A DNA stretch of 64,000 bases from Paraphysomonas bandaiensis (GCA_965644295.1 CBFFRP010000075.1:62001-126000); one strand, 5' to 3'. Positions 12,001 through 24,900 are shown, counted from the stretch's first letter. Notes: generated by a model not told the origin, from the letters alone. Program-made: numbers and translations.

Positions 12001-14273
12001 CATTGTTGCATATAGGAAACTAGATACTGAAGGAAATACTACCGAGGAGCAAACTCCAATTCATATCAAAGATGTAGTAAAGATGACTCACTCTACAAAG
12101 TGTCAGACCGACAAGTTTAATAGTTTGCGAAATGAGTTGGATCAGACTTGTAATGACAGTGACAATGAGCAGAGGACTCCTGACCGCTCATATCGGGGCG
12201 CATCTTCAACAGGTGGGGCAGATCGAAATCCCAGAACTGAAAAACGACCTCGAAAAAAACGGCACATTGTTAACGTTGGTGTCCTCGGCGATGTCTCATT
12301 GTTTCTTGATTCCTCCAACAGCACAATTAAAGAGCCACAGACGCTGGCAGAAGCAAAGAAGACTCCACAGAGAACATACTGGATTGAAGCTACCAGGAAG
12401 GAGGTGCACAAGCTTGAACGAAGGACATGCTGGAAGATTGTCCGAAGGCCGAAACACCGAAAAATCATAAAATCTAAATTGGTCTTTAAAGTAAAGCGCG
12501 ACCATCTTGGAAAAATTAAGAAGTTCAAAGTTCGACTTGTGGCGAAAGGGTTTACTCAAGAACAAGGAGTCGACTATAATGAGACATTCTCCCCAGTAGC
12601 TAAAGGTGTATCATTTAGGCTAGCACTGGCACTGGCTCTGCGATACAATCTGCAACTCCGTCAACTCGATGTAGAAACGGCATTTCCGTACGCAGATCTG
12701 GACGAAGATGTGTTCATGTCTCCACCTGCAGGAATAGATATTCCACAAGGCTGTTGTTTGAAGATTCTGAAGAGTTTGTATGGCCTAAAACAAGCGCCTC
12801 GAAATTGGCATTCAATGCTGAAGGACAGTATAAAGGCGATGGTGTATAAACAATGTGTTCTTGACCCATGTTTATTTGTCCTCAAGGGCACTGATACTAA
12901 CCTACACATGATACTTGTGTATGTAGATGATATCATTGTGCTCAGCTCTGACAGCCGTCATATTGAAGAAGTCATCAGCGCTTTTAAGACTCAATATGCC
13001 ATGCAAGATATGGGGGATCTTAAGCATTATTTAGGTCTTACCATTGAGCGTCATAATGGCCAGATTAAGTTACATCAGTCTGCATATGCTAAAGATGTTG
13101 TGGCCAGATTCAATCACTTGTTGTCAGAAAAGAAGAGACGGTGCAAGGCAACCACACCTCTACCACCTGGCCTAAAGTTGTCCAAGGATGCAAAAGAGGA
13201 AGAAACTCGAAAACAGAGAGAATACGTTGATGCATTTCCCTATCAATCTGTTATTGGTGCCCTAATGTATTTGGCAGTGCATACTAGACCAGACATGGCA
13301 TATACAGTAAATCTTCTCTCCCGGTTCACCACAAGACCCACGTACGCTGCATGTCAAGCTGCTCTGCATACTTTATTGTATTTAGACAATACAGTTGATC
13401 AAGGTATCATATTTCCTAATTTCACAGATGAAGACCCTCTATGTGTGTACTCTGATGCAGATTGGGCCGGAGATCTGGATACATGCAGATCCACTACAGG
13501 GTATATCGTATATCTGTGGGGTGCTCCAATTGCATGGCAGTCCAGACTGCAGCCAACAGTGGCTACGTCGACTATGGAAGCTGAATATATGGCTGCATAT
13601 GCTGCAATTCAGGAGATTGTATGGATACGAGGGGTGATGACAGAGCTCGGAATTCGTGGATTTGAGCTCAGTAAGAATGCGTCTCCAACAATCTTGAATA
13701 TGGACAGCAAGAGTGCGATTGATCTAGCTCAGAACCCGGTAAATCATAAACGTTCCAAGCATATTCGGATCAAGTATCATTGGATTCGAGAGCAAGTGGG
13801 AGGCTGTATCGTCAGGCTGAATCATGTGCCAACGGCAGAGATGACAGCAGACGTGATGACTAAAGCCTTGTCCGAGAAGCTGCACTATCAGCATGTGCAC
13901 ACTATGGTATCGCACTAAGTAGACCTGCTTAGTACAGTATATTCTGATATGTTCATTGAGTGGGAGTATTGAACTACAACCAACTCCTACGTGCGTACTT
14001 GAAGTTTGGTAAAGCCAATCGCTAGTAGTTATCCTGTATTCTATGTAGCAATGAAATACAGAATATACATGACTACAGTATAGGAGTAGCTATTACAAGT
14101 ATACAAAGAAACTGAAAATATAGTAGCTGTTAAAGATATGATTTGTAGAACAGAATGTTGATGTTGGTGAATGACGTGGTTCCTAACTCATAGGGCTACA
14201 ACATCATAAACTTACTATATCTCCTATAATATCAATCAGTCAATATTGCACTAACTAAAAGCGTAAATTAATA
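9095..14273 (+). mobile_element. Intact Ty1/copia LTR retrotransposon
   Basis: 307-bp LTRs at 9095-9401 and 13967-14273 that look identical by eye, 5-bp TSD tatat, PBS-like tggcagcgg at 9402 and PPT gagtgggag before the 3' LTR. Confidence 0.95.
9401..13918 (+). CDS. Copia Gag-Pol polyprotein (single ORF, 1505 aa)
   Basis: Two CCHC knuckles, protease YLDSGC, LWHKRLGH, integrase HADGAGE...SERTNRT, RT YGLKQAP/YVDD and RNase H YSDADW...KHIRIKYH, in PR-IN-RT-RH order. Confidence 0.97.
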   Translation: MAADGNFTNVASGSKVPPFEELNFKKFKKFFTSFLMRHNRAHLVLSKDKPRHIHDLDSTVPAGAHMTDAQKKRLGKAKKLWNTRNETAYSFLMEVCNAHPKAGTTAALYEGSTAKGLLQALEERFLNVEKNTVQAEVTKFNSMKITSSQSGAEFVDSVEAQAKILENLGREVTEDDKLTRLKEGLTDKRYSQLAHSLYTASDVTYARASSLIKGYENTSFGKHALQNSGEDSVNQAVDDSKWKEHKRKGRCNKCKKLGHFARECKTPEHVIKRMKGTRSQRKDRDHRNRGDNKTKLPVCEICDIPGHQTKDCFHLKTAKAAVVSSKRGRDSRRETAPYKNKKKPRVSVHDSEDEAGYESMICVEEEVNLAQSMSDVIYLDSGCNKMILTSKNHMTNLQRADRQMSTANKGKLSIHSVGDVGSFKKVYYAPEASKNLVDMKSITDRGCVVTFDNDEVVIRNKTTNKTLIRQRSVNGLYPVRLEDLLQLGEESSAALEEQGFDDQRILWHKRLGHVNYDKLTESDRRGLVDGINLDKKYFRKKHKKTICKCNTCMRSKLTRKNFRTPRQLMNLDNNPKERGVLSADTMEVLNTPSMEGYKHVLLFKHSDAKHVWAYGLKNKTGSEVLKCMKDMVETQLVKEGLQLRRYHADGAGELVGQHVRQYLRETTSTRTVQVTWTPRDTPEMNSLSERTNRTVKEMALAILLDSGMPSVFWFKAVLHAVYLINRLPTKTTKGYISPFEYITGTAPDVSDLKIWGCKAWAIVPKELRRKEWKEKGKPGYYMGQCQQPVGHQIYIPDLNAIIVAVNAQFDESIPERSQEYFDEIDNLQIDTSETAESVNDYQYLVGLRHLDGHLRYVTTRVIERRGVIVAYRKLDTEGNTTEEQTPIHIKDVVKMTHSTKCQTDKFNSLRNELDQTCNDSDNEQRTPDRSYRGASSTGGADRNPRTEKRPRKKRHIVNVGVLGDVSLFLDSSNSTIKEPQTLAEAKKTPQRTYWIEATRKEVHKLERRTCWKIVRRPKHRKIIKSKLVFKVKRDHLGKIKKFKVRLVAKGFTQEQGVDYNETFSPVAKGVSFRLALALALRYNLQLRQLDVETAFPYADLDEDVFMSPPAGIDIPQGCCLKILKSLYGLKQAPRNWHSMLKDSIKAMVYKQCVLDPCLFVLKGTDTNLHMILVYVDDIIVLSSDSRHIEEVISAFKTQYAMQDMGDLKHYLGLTIERHNGQIKLHQSAYAKDVVARFNHLLSEKKRRCKATTPLPPGLKLSKDAKEEETRKQREYVDAFPYQSVIGALMYLAVHTRPDMAYTVNLLSRFTTRPTYAACQAALHTLLYLDNTVDQGIIFPNFTDEDPLCVYSDADWAGDLDTCRSTTGYIVYLWGAPIAWQSRLQPTVATSTMEAEYMAAYAAIQEIVWIRGVMTELGIRGFELSKNASPTILNMDSKSAIDLAQNPVNHKRSKHIRIKYHWIREQVGGCIVRLNHVPTAEMTADVMTKALSEKLHYQHVHTMVSH

Positions 14274-15933
14274 TATATTGACTGGTGGACTGGTCAAATA
14301 TTCCATCAATAGTGTTTCTGTTAAAAGAGCTCACAATACTATTGCAATATATTGCAATCAATATTATGATAGTCATATAAGAGAAGATTCTCAACTGTAG
14401 GGTGCAAAATGGATATAAATAACCGAGAAATTGATTACAACACTACAAATGATAATGAAGCTGATGTTGACTATGCGACTAAAAATCTTCAGTCAGCTCA
14501 AAAAATTAAGAAACGTACAGATCCACGAGTCATTAACGGTTGCCTGGCATTGGTATGTACTTCCAATACATGGGAACGTCTGTTCAGCCCAGCTGAACAT
14601 ATTATATCAGTGTTGCGCAAAAGTTTCCATCCTACCTAATATGCTGTTGTTTCTGAAAGCCATTCGATAGTTATGGCCGGATACTAACATATTTCAATTA
14701 ATTCTGTGGATGAATATTGTGAAGTTGACCTCACCGATGATGGCTCAGAGGATGAGGGCGAGGTGGATTTTTAGTAGCTATATAAGCAGCAGTTGGTTTG
14801 GTTGTCATGTGATCTTAATGACTAATACTAAAAATGAAATCTACGGATGTGTTTACCTACTGATTAGTCATACTAATATATTGCAATACATTGACAATAT
14901 ATTGCAATATATTGTAATTGTATTGTTTGGCCTGTTTAAAAATTCCATCAATACTATTGATGGAACGCTATCTAACAATAGTATTGCAATATATTGTTCC
15001 CTATCCCTGCTTTTCACTACTGCATTATGATGGAAGGCCCAGCCATTCCTTAATGTATTTCTTGTAAAGTTCAGTTGAATTTACTTTGGTAAACAATTTT
15101 ACAGTTTTTGCATAAATTTATTTCTGTATTTAACATTAGTGTTTTCATTGAAGTTTTCATTGACTGTGTGAAACTTTTTTCCTAATAATAATATCAATCT
15201 TATTATTTTATAATACATTTCACACTATATTAGCAATTACAGTGGCTGTATACCTATGGTATGTATGGATATTAAGACAAGACTAACTCTATTTGACCTA
15301 TAGCATGCGGATAACTAAAAACGCTTCATGTGATGGCAGAGGATATGCTCTGGTTAAGCCTTCGTAGTTGTACTCTCACACTTATTAACATGACGTTTCG
15401 ATGACAACAGTATTCGGACCATACAGTCGTTTTTGAGTATATTACGTATGTCTGTAAGAATGAAATCTATACGAATGAACTTTAGTGGTATTGGGCTATG
15501 CAACTTACTTCCAGTATTGCCATCACAGAATTCTATGACGAAAGGAATTGATGCTGAAATAGAAATGATTCAAAGAGATTAGTGGGATCTCGTCAGGGCA
15601 CCATTCGTTTCATTTAGGGAGACATTTCGCCAGTAATAATGCAGTAACAATTCACTGGAGACTTAATGGGACAAGAAGCACAATCCTCCCTCCCTTTCCA
15701 ACAGCTATGCACACAGCGTATACGTACAGTACAGTGCTGTATAACTCCATATGTAAGAATCAGGAGCAGCAGTGTCAAGATGCTAACCCCAACCCCTTCA
15801 AGATACGAATATATTTCAAACTCTCTGCTTTCGTTTTTGAAAATATGAGCTTGAAGGGTCACTGCAGGAAGTGGTGAAGAAGAATTTCAAAATCACTTAG
15901 AACCATAATTTGCATTGGTATAACATACTCATC

Positions 15934-17020
15934 ATGGCAGCGTACACCATTGACTATACATTCAACAACAGGGTGTTGTCTGTGAAGCCTGTGGATTCCT
16001 TGTATCAGATACTGAGGGCTTCTGTCAATGGAGATAGTGTTCCTAAAGAGGTGCTTAGAGTACTCACAGAGCAGGCGCTGTCTTCATGTGTTGGTGCTTA
16101 TTGTTCTCCTATGAAGGGGAAGAGATGTCCCTCTCCTGAGCTTCCTGCATCACCTATAACGGTGTCGTGCCTATCAGATGATGTGTGTCCTAGCGAGCCT
16201 TTGTATGATATGAGAGTTATCTCTAGACTGCGTGAGATTATCTTCTCTTCAAATAGCATTATGAAAGCATTACCTGCTCCAAAAGAACACCAACCAATTC
16301 TCATTAGCATAGAAGGGAATATCGGGGCTGGTGTGTGACATCCAAGACATATACCTCCAATTATAACTGTATATTTGCAGGAAAGTCGACTTTGTTACAG
16401 TCATTGAGAGAGGACCACCCAGAGTGGACTTTCATAGACGAACCTGTTGACTTTTGGACCGCCTTGAAAAATGATGATGGAGAATCTCTATTCGAGGTAG
16501 TTTTTAATATGTAAAAGTATCCTCAAGTAATGTGTGATTTTAGCTCTACTACCACAACCAGGACAGATGGGCATACACTTTCCAGAATTGTGCTGTTTTA
16601 AGCCGGTACCAACTGATAGAGCAGACTGTTAACAAGAACCGGGCATCTATTCCTGGAAAGCATGTTTATATTACAGAGCGCTGTTTGGAAACTGACTATC
16701 AAGTCTTTGCCAAAAAATTGCACGCAGACGGAAAGCTAGACTCCCTTGAGTTTGACCTTTATGAGAAGTGGATACAGCAGCTGCAAAAGACTTCCACGGC
16801 ACTTGCCGGGGTGATACTTGTCGACACACCGGCTAGTGTATGCGCTGATCGAATCAAGGGACGGAATAGGGATGGAGAAGAGGGCATCCCTCTGGGTTAT
16901 CTTGAGGAACTGGAGACCTACCAAAGTCGATGGATAGACACCCTCCAAGTACCATGTACACGAACTACTACCGTGCAAGATATAGAAGCTTTTGTGGCGG
17001 ATTTGCTACAGCAACACTAA
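15934..17020 (+). CDS. Deoxynucleoside kinase (dNK family), introns 16331-16380 and 16497-16543
   Basis: ISIEGNIGAG/KSTLL P-loop spans intron 1; also DEPVDFW, RWAYTFQ, ITERCLETD and RIKGRNRDGEEGIPLGYL. Confidence 0.9.
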
Positions 17021-18223
17021 ATGGCATATTCACTGTGTGTTGTATAGCCCTTTGCCATGTGCGTTTGCTCGTCGCATGGAGGAGGAGATGCCCTTAATAG
17101 ATTCGCTGTGTAGAGTGGGTTGAATAGCTCAAATGTGTGCAACAATGTCATGTTTTCGTAGAGAAGACTGCGTATGAATGCGTCTTGTATTTAATTTTTA
17201 CCATTAAGTTATCTATCTTTGTGATACTGTGTAGTATTGTCTAATAATTATTGCAAAATTTCTTACTATTAGTGAGTGAAATCTTCCATTTATTTGCTTT
17301 TTAAATTGTACTCTTTAAATTACGCATTTCTACTACTAAATATTAATATTCTACTGTTATGCACGAGGGGTGTTTTAAATATTGCTTTGATTCATGCTTG
17401 TCGTTTTATGTTAGTACTATGCCTTCATGATAAATGTTTGTAAGGTTTGTTGTGTGTAGTGAAGCTAGAGGATATGTGAACATTACTGTTTTACTCCCAG
17501 TAGTACTCTTTGGTACTAGTATTTACGAACTCATTGTTAAGAGGATTGTATTTTTGCTATCTACTATGTACTCCAGAATTGGCATATATCCAACATTATG
17601 ACAGTGTCATTTCGTATCTGCGGTTCAGACTATTCAAACAGGCCAGATGTCACTTATGAAAGATATGGTGGACACAATACTGAAATATATGCAGTCTCGT
17701 ATATGTAGCGAATGTCGCCGAATTAATCCCCTAGAATCGCAGGGACATGTGCGCATGTGGAGGATTCGGAGAATATCTACGAGCATATTATCGCATCCCA
17801 AGACAATAAAACCGATTTATTTACTTGTCAATGGCCGCTGTTTATCAAGGAAAGCAAACTTAATGGAGGACATGATCACACAAGAGAGCATTTGTCCCAT
17901 TTCTAATTGTTCATAACAATACAGTTCTGTATTCCCTGACTACCGGAGTCATGAAAATAGTCTGGAAGTAACTGTATACATGTGTAGTATGCAGGTATAC
18001 AGGTATTCCACTGTGAGCAGAGGAGTAGAGGGTAGAGGTATATATATACACTGTACATAGGCGTATACCCTACGTATAGATACTTATAGGAGTACACATA
18101 CCTATAGGAGTAGAGGCAGGTATACACAGCAGTGTATATGCATATAGGCTCAGAGTATCTAGTCATACACACACCTGTGATGTCACCTCCTCCACCGGCT
18201 CTGTATACATTTATCTGAGCTAG

Positions 18224-19921
18224 ATGGCCAGCTACAGGCTTAAAGAGATCAGTTTCTCAGGCCGGAGGGTTAAGATACTGTGTCAGAATGAGAATGGCCC
18301 GTGCCCTCTGCTGAGCATATGTAACGTACTGCTATTGAACGGAAGCATAGCTATTCACCCTGATTATGGTGAAATATCTTTGGAAAATGTTATTCAGATA
18401 GTGGCGAATCGCATAATTGAATCGAGTCAGAGTGTTAATGCATCCGAAGAGGTTAAATTAATGCAACAGGAGCGAGCAGGGGAGGTCATTTCTATCCTCC
18501 CAAAGCTTCAGTTTGGTTTAGATGTCAATGTGAAATTTGACGGTGTCGGTAACTTTGAATATACCCGCGAGTTGGACTGTTTTGATGCTGCGGGAGTTCC
18601 TATATATCACGGTTGGATTCTGGACCCCCAAGATCGCGTAACTGCTGAAGTTATTGATAAAATGTCATACAACCACTGTATATACAAGCTAGTGGAGTAT
18701 CGCACTCTGTGCGATGAAATTAAGACAAAGGAAGGTAGTAGTGAATCGAAAGATGGCAATAGTACCTCCAGTATAGCGCTGAGCGCCGCACAAGAGAAGT
18801 TAATGCATGACGGAAGAGTTATAGAGGCATTTCTGAATGATACTGCCTCTCAGTTGACGTACATGGGACTCCTGGCTTTGCACGATACAGTTAGAGAAGG
18901 TGAAGCTGTATTGTGTCATGAGTGTCATGTCTCTGTGATAAGTACATATCCACAATGTTGAAGTGCTATACTATCGTCTGACAATGATAGTATATGCAGG
19001 CGTTCTTTGTACATTCTTCCGCAACAATCACTTCAACACCATGCTAAAGAGAGACGGCAAGTTGTACTTGCTGGTAACGGACCTGGGCTACATCCATGAA
19101 CCCAGCGTAGTCTGGGAGCTACTGGATGAGATCGATGGGTAGGTGTCAGTATGCTTTGTGTATTATTCTAGACCGTCTTATACGTGAGATATATTGAGGT
19201 TGAAGTGCTCAAAAATAGATGTACTTACTAGAATTGCTGTACCAGGAATACGGAACTTATGGACAGCTCGTTCCTGCCGAGTGGGTCCGCTTCTGCGCTA
19301 GATACGTCAAATCAACCTGCTGCTGCTAGTAGCTCCCCAATAATAGGCAACAATATAATCGATCCCGACGTTTTACTTGCCATGCAGCTCTCTCAGGACG
19401 AGAAGAGTAGTGAACCACCTACACAAAATGCAGCAAATTATATCACTGGAGTTTGTGCACCTGCTTCTCGTGTGCCTACTTCTCCTGCTTCAACCAACCT
19501 CGTTCCTTCTCAACCAGAGATGCCGAATGCGAATCCTGATGTTGCGGATAGCTCTGGTGAAATTGTTGATCAGGAGAATGAAGACAGAAGACATGCCGAG
19601 TCGCTTCAGGATGAGTGGAGAGCACAGGAGGCTCAATATGAAGCGGACAGACAGGAGGCCATGCGTTTGCAGCAAGAGATACAAAGAGAAGCACTTCCAC
19701 AAGACGATAACGCGGGTTTCAATATGACAAAACAGGAGGTAGAAGCATATAAAAAAGCAGAAATGGAATATTTTCGACAAAAAAACAGTCAACAGTGTGA
19801 TGTTCGTCTAAGCTCGAATAACTTACAGCAAGGTTCGGAATCGGCATCTCCTGGTCAGAGGGGAAGAATGTACCGCGAAAATCCGGAAGCAAAATCATCG
19901 TCTTCGTGTGTCGTTTCATAG
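18224..19921 (+). CDS. MINDY-1/2 family deubiquitinase (introns 18900-18999, 19139-19245)
   Basis: QNENGPCPLL catalytic Cys motif, GLDVNVKF, YHGW, FFRNNHF, LVTDLGY, MIU-like DVLLAMQLSQ and C-terminal CaaX (CVVS). Confidence 0.92.
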
Positions 19922-20879
19922 CAGTTGGTAGTTTCAGTTTCACGCCAATGTTCCAGGTATTATATACCTTGTTGGGTTAAACAACCCGTATTCATATCTG
20001 TTGCGGAATATTGTTATCCAGGTCTTACGTTTTGAAGTTTGATATACTCGTTAAGGAGTAGTTGTTGTAATCTATGAGCCTGCCTATTTTCAACACAAAA
20101 TAAATAAATGAGGGCTCTGTATATCCCAACACTAATAAATCAAAGTATGAAAGCATTAATATATGCCATCAACTCCTATACTGTGTGTTCTAAATGCATC
20201 AAGCAAGAAACTCATATCATTTTAGTTTTTTGCTGTTGTTGCTCTTCTGAATATTTCAAAGTAATCTAAGCCAGTTTGAAGTCTCACGAACTTCACCAAA
20301 CCTATTGGTACAATAAGTTTTTGACACTGAAACAAGGTCACAATGTCATTTATCTCTGCACCGCCCAAATATTTTTTCACGTATTGTTAATAGAAAAAAA
20401 ATACTATAGTTAACTAATACCATATAAAATTGGATAGGAAAATTGAATATACCGCCATAGCACTATACATACTAGCAAAAAAATATGCTTTGGTTAAAAA
20501 TACATACATATATTTAAATATTCATTTTTGGTATAAATAGTGTGCCAATTAATTGGCTTGCTTATAATTATATTTAATAGATTGCATCTTAAGCTGTATA
20601 AATAGGTACAAAAAGCTCATTATCTGTAAGCATGGAAGAACTAGGATGTATATATGTGCACAGCTACTTTTTTATCTTGTTATTAATCAAAACGGTGGAA
20701 AGTAAAAGAGTCAGAATACACTTTTAATATCAGCACGACAGAGTATTCACATACATGTCAAAGATCGTTGTCATATAATAAACTGAGCACTCTGACAGCG
20801 ACCGTCGTGATACATAATATTATAGGATAATATCCGGATACAATTTTTTGATAATTTCACAACTTGTCTTGAGGTGTTC

Positions 20880-21120
20880 TCGATGATAAGTATCGGAGAG
20901 ATTTCTTTGGTAAACTATGAACTAAAAAACAGAGACAGCAGATAGATACTACTTTGTGTGGTACAAGAAGGGCGACACTAAAAAGTGTCACTTGTGTAGA
21001 CGTCTTTTGGCCCTCACGAATAAAAAGGCATCCGAGACTGGTGGACCCACCTGAAGGGTATCCAGGGTAGTGGGCTGCCTGCTGAAGTCAAGCATCCGGG
21101 AATGTTCCCACCTTAATGAC
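20880..21120 (+). mobile_element. SINE-like dispersed repeat fragment (core)
   Basis: tgtgtagacgtc...ggcatc...gggctgcct...aagtcaagcatccggg...cacctt is shared with 54600-54740 (+) and 45400-45560 (-). Confidence 0.65.
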
Positions 21121-21631
21121 ACAAAATCCTGAAGTCTATATGTCCATGTTCTGACAGCAATTGCAACAATACAGATTTCTAGAAAGCAGTGTAGAGTTAG
21201 GATTCAGCGAGATATAAAGAATTACAGGTCCCTGCAGACAAAAGTGAATTCGATAATGTATATATAGAGAGAAAGAGAATAATGAGGAAGAAGACGAGGC
21301 CGTTTTCACTTAAACACAAACGAAGGCGCAAGAAAGCACGTACCAAACTTCCAACACGATATCATTGTATGAAACACTACCATGTTTGTGAGTTTTTTTA
21401 AGCTAAACTAAGAACGATTTGACTGATTTTCGCAAGTGAACCACACGTTAAAATAAATGTTGATGTTTCTGCGTGCAGTTTTTTGTCTGAGGTTGTAGTT
21501 CACAAGGTTTTTCGAAAAAGAAATATAATTGAAGGCTACTAATTTCTAATAATTGGATACTTGATAAATAATTACTTTTATTATTTTTGGATACCTCTCA
21601 CCAACTAATTGTTACGCAAACCTGCTAAAAG

Positions 21632-21744
21632 CAGGGGCTGGTAACCGTTAATGACCCAATAATGGTATTCCGGTTCCCGGCAATTATAATGGCATTAATG
21701 ACAAATGTAAGGGAAATTATAATGGCATTACCATTAGGCCCTGG
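21632..21744. mobile_element. Small MITE remnant (CAGGG...CCCTG ends)
   Basis: caggggctggtaacc...attaggccctg; a related end lies inverted at about 47100-47140. Confidence 0.45.
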
Positions 21745-21800
21745 CTAAACGAAGGCTATCTAACCAAAATCATTATAGCCAGTTACAACACACTTGATAT

Positions 21801-21890
21801 CAGGGCTGCGTATCAATTAATTGATTTTCAATTAATTGCAATTAATTGTCAATTATTGAAATTGCAATTGTTGAAATTGGGACATCTTGA
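21801..21890 (+). mobile_element. MITE end fragment, family of 55065-55497
   Basis: cagggctgcgtatcaattaattg...gaaattgggacatc matches the ends of the 55-kb element. Confidence 0.6.
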
Positions 21891-21962
21891 TATATAGGTG
21901 ATCGATCCGACTATAAAATTAAAGATTTAACGTTACATATTATTAAAGATTTTGAAGAACGA

Positions 21963-24900
21963 CTATTTCCGTTTGAAAGTTAGTGATAACTGAAATTCGT
22001 ACACACCCGGTTGTAGGAGGTTGTCATCACTAACACGCAGTGACCAATTATCACCACTTCCAACCCCCATGACGTAGGGGTCGATGTTTACACACGTGAA
22101 ACTATTTTTGCATCGATTTACATCTCTAATATCATAAGCGGTGGCCACATCTTCTGTGAAATACGGCTGTGCGCGAAAGTTAAATGGCCTGCAACAACTA
22201 ATATCAAAGCTCCATGGTTTGTTCGCACTTATCCCTTCCAGCTCATCAGGTGAAGTACCACCAATCGACGCCCCGTATTCGCAATAATCTGTATCACTGA
22301 GATCAGGGTGCACTGTTGCATGACACCCTTCCTCAAATTGCAGCCGTCTAACGTTATACCTATTCGAGTTATCTACAGGAATTATGTATGGTACATGCAA
22401 CGCTTCTACAGGAGCGCGATGAAGAGCAAATATCGACGAAGTCTTTCTATCCTGCAACATATATAGAACAATGAGATCAATCTGCTACGACATGTACACA
22501 AACCGGATAGTTCTCATGAGGACCATTTCCAAGCCATGTACAAGAGTCAAAGCAGTCTTTGATATTCATATGTACTCCAATTCTTGGTGGTGGGCAAGGG
22601 AGAGACGATAAATCAACGAGAACTTTAATAAGAAACTATTGACGGAGATATGAGTGTGGATAGAGTGAAAAACAATTTCTTACATTCGCGTGACAATCAA
22701 ACACGTACGATACACTCCATCGCACACTAAAAATTCTACTGCAGTCAGAGGAATCCGATTCGCAGACAGGTACACTAGACTCGTTGTCATCTGTAGTATC
22801 ATAATGAGATTGACTATACACTGCCATCCCTATTTCAGTATCAACTTCATCGTATCTCATATTTGCCAATGGTCGAGACGACATCACTTCAACGTACGGA
22901 ATCACTGATGAAGGGTAAAACGAAAGCTTCCACAGTCTGACTTTTGCGGATTCTTCTGGGCCGCGAGTATTACTACTTTCACTGGGTAGAATAGTTTCTT
23001 TTCCCAATCCAAATGAAGAAGCGAGCTTAAAATATGATTGAAAAATGAATGAGTGTGTGCTTGCGCAGTTACCTCGTGCAGAAATAGCTCCTGTCCATTT
23101 GACCGAACCTCTATGACAACAGATCGTGTGCTGCTGTCGTTCACAAATCGTTGGACTTGCAGAAGTATCATCACTCTACCTCTGTTATAATATATACATA
23201 AGTAATATGTGAGAGCAAATTTTTCATACCTATCTATCTGCATCGGCGTCATATCCCAGGTACAGCGAACGCCCTCGCCGAAGTACATATCGCTGTCACC
23301 GGGAATGGCGCTCTTTTGATGAATGAAAACGTGATCCACATCCATAAATGTTAATTCTGTGTGACCACAGACTGGCATTCCTACGGTAGGTGGTTTACTC
23401 GGATTTGAGTGACGAGCCATTGGAATATTCCGCATTTCTCTGTCCATACCAGCAGCTTTCCAGGCAGAAGCATAACCCTTTTGGTCAACTGCAGTTGGGG
23501 CCCGGTGAATACTAAATCCGCAAGATGTTCTCACGCCATCGCACACCGCCGGTTCAGCCAAGACATTAACTCCGTCAATGTGTAGAGACTCAAGACAACC
23601 TTTTTGAGAGCTCACGACTGCTTCAACGAGTTGTGGCTTTCCTTCTAATTCCACAGCCGTGTATTCTACACGCATCAATATTATAAGAACACATGTTGTA
23701 ATACAACACAAACCTGCGCGCAACAATATATTAGGTTCAATGCACGCCTCATGCGCAATCCAATTTAAAGTAATATTGAAGGTTGGAGAACTTCCTACTT
23801 GCTTATTGCAGACTTCACAGTCACGGATAGCTGGGTGTCGTATGGGCTCTTCTTGAGGGTGTCTAGTGTGGATATTCGCATACAGTTGACGCGGATGGAT
23901 ATACACCTGCTTAAACCCAATAGGATATCCTGCAGGGGCAAAGGATGTGGGACTAACTAATCGACCAATAAGAACAATGCTCCATACTGTTTGCTTCGTA
24001 ACTTGTACAGACTGGAAGCTAGAAGATGCAATCGAGCTATCCAGTTTCTCTTGTAGACGTGATAGGCTGTATGGCGACATATGCAATTCCTCGGGCCATG
24101 GAATTCCACGTGCAGACACTTCAGAACTTCCGCAGGGCGGATGATTTGGGCATCCTACATGCACTGGAACCTCAAACCCACATATGCCCTTTAACTCCTG
24201 ATAGCTACGTCTTCCACCTACCTCGTCTCCTCCTAGGTGCCTGTGTACAAGAGCAGATTTCCGGTGTATGAACGGTGCACATGCAACAACAGCACCATCA
24301 CATAGCAATATGGAGTCAAAATAAAATCTTGATGTTAAATCCTCAACATGGTCCATAAGATTAGATATTCGAAGTTTTGCTGTTATAGCCACAGATGTAT
24401 TTCTCTCAGCTGATTTCTCGACTGTCAAATACTCTTGAGTAAAATCGACGTGGTAAACAGAACAATCAAAGTACTTCATAGATTCTTTTGCTTCTAGAAG
24501 TTGAGGTTTCAGCAGAACTCCCTTAGTTTTAAAGTCATGGAAAGCGAAGTCTGTTGAAGTCCACAAACCACAGGGACGGATCCCAACAGGTGAAACCAAG
24601 GAAGTACAACCCTCAGATTCATCATACAGTATAGAGTCTATACCGCGATGTGGCCATGTTAGTCCGTTCAATAAAGTAGAACCAGGAACGTAATGATCAC
24701 CATTGTCCCCACTGTAGTGCCACGAGCGACCAAAATAAGAGCTTGTTGTGACTAACCCTTGATCTGCCCACTCATACAGGAAACCGCCCTGTAGTCTAGT
24801 GAAAGTGTGAAACGCGTCCCAATACTCCTGTAGTCCGCCCCCACTGTTTCCCACCATGCGACAATACTCGCTCAGCACAACTGGCAAATCCGGAAACCTA

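Larger units (their letters stand above)
9052..15009 (+). mobile_element. hAT-family non-autonomous element, copy 1 (interrupted by the copia element)
   Basis: TIR cagggatagggaacaatatattg at both ends, 8-bp TSD cttttcac (9044-9051 / 15010-15017), internal remnant of the hAT dimerisation domain (TSNTWERLFS...MLLFLKA). Confidence 0.9.

Noticed and set aside
9573-13915. Antisense and alternate-frame ORFs within the copia element and other long genes
   Set aside because: Short shadow ORFs with no motifs.
14409-15030. Small ORFs here and at 34470-34716 as host genes
   Set aside because: They are frameshifted remnants of a hAT transposase C-terminus inside the MITE.
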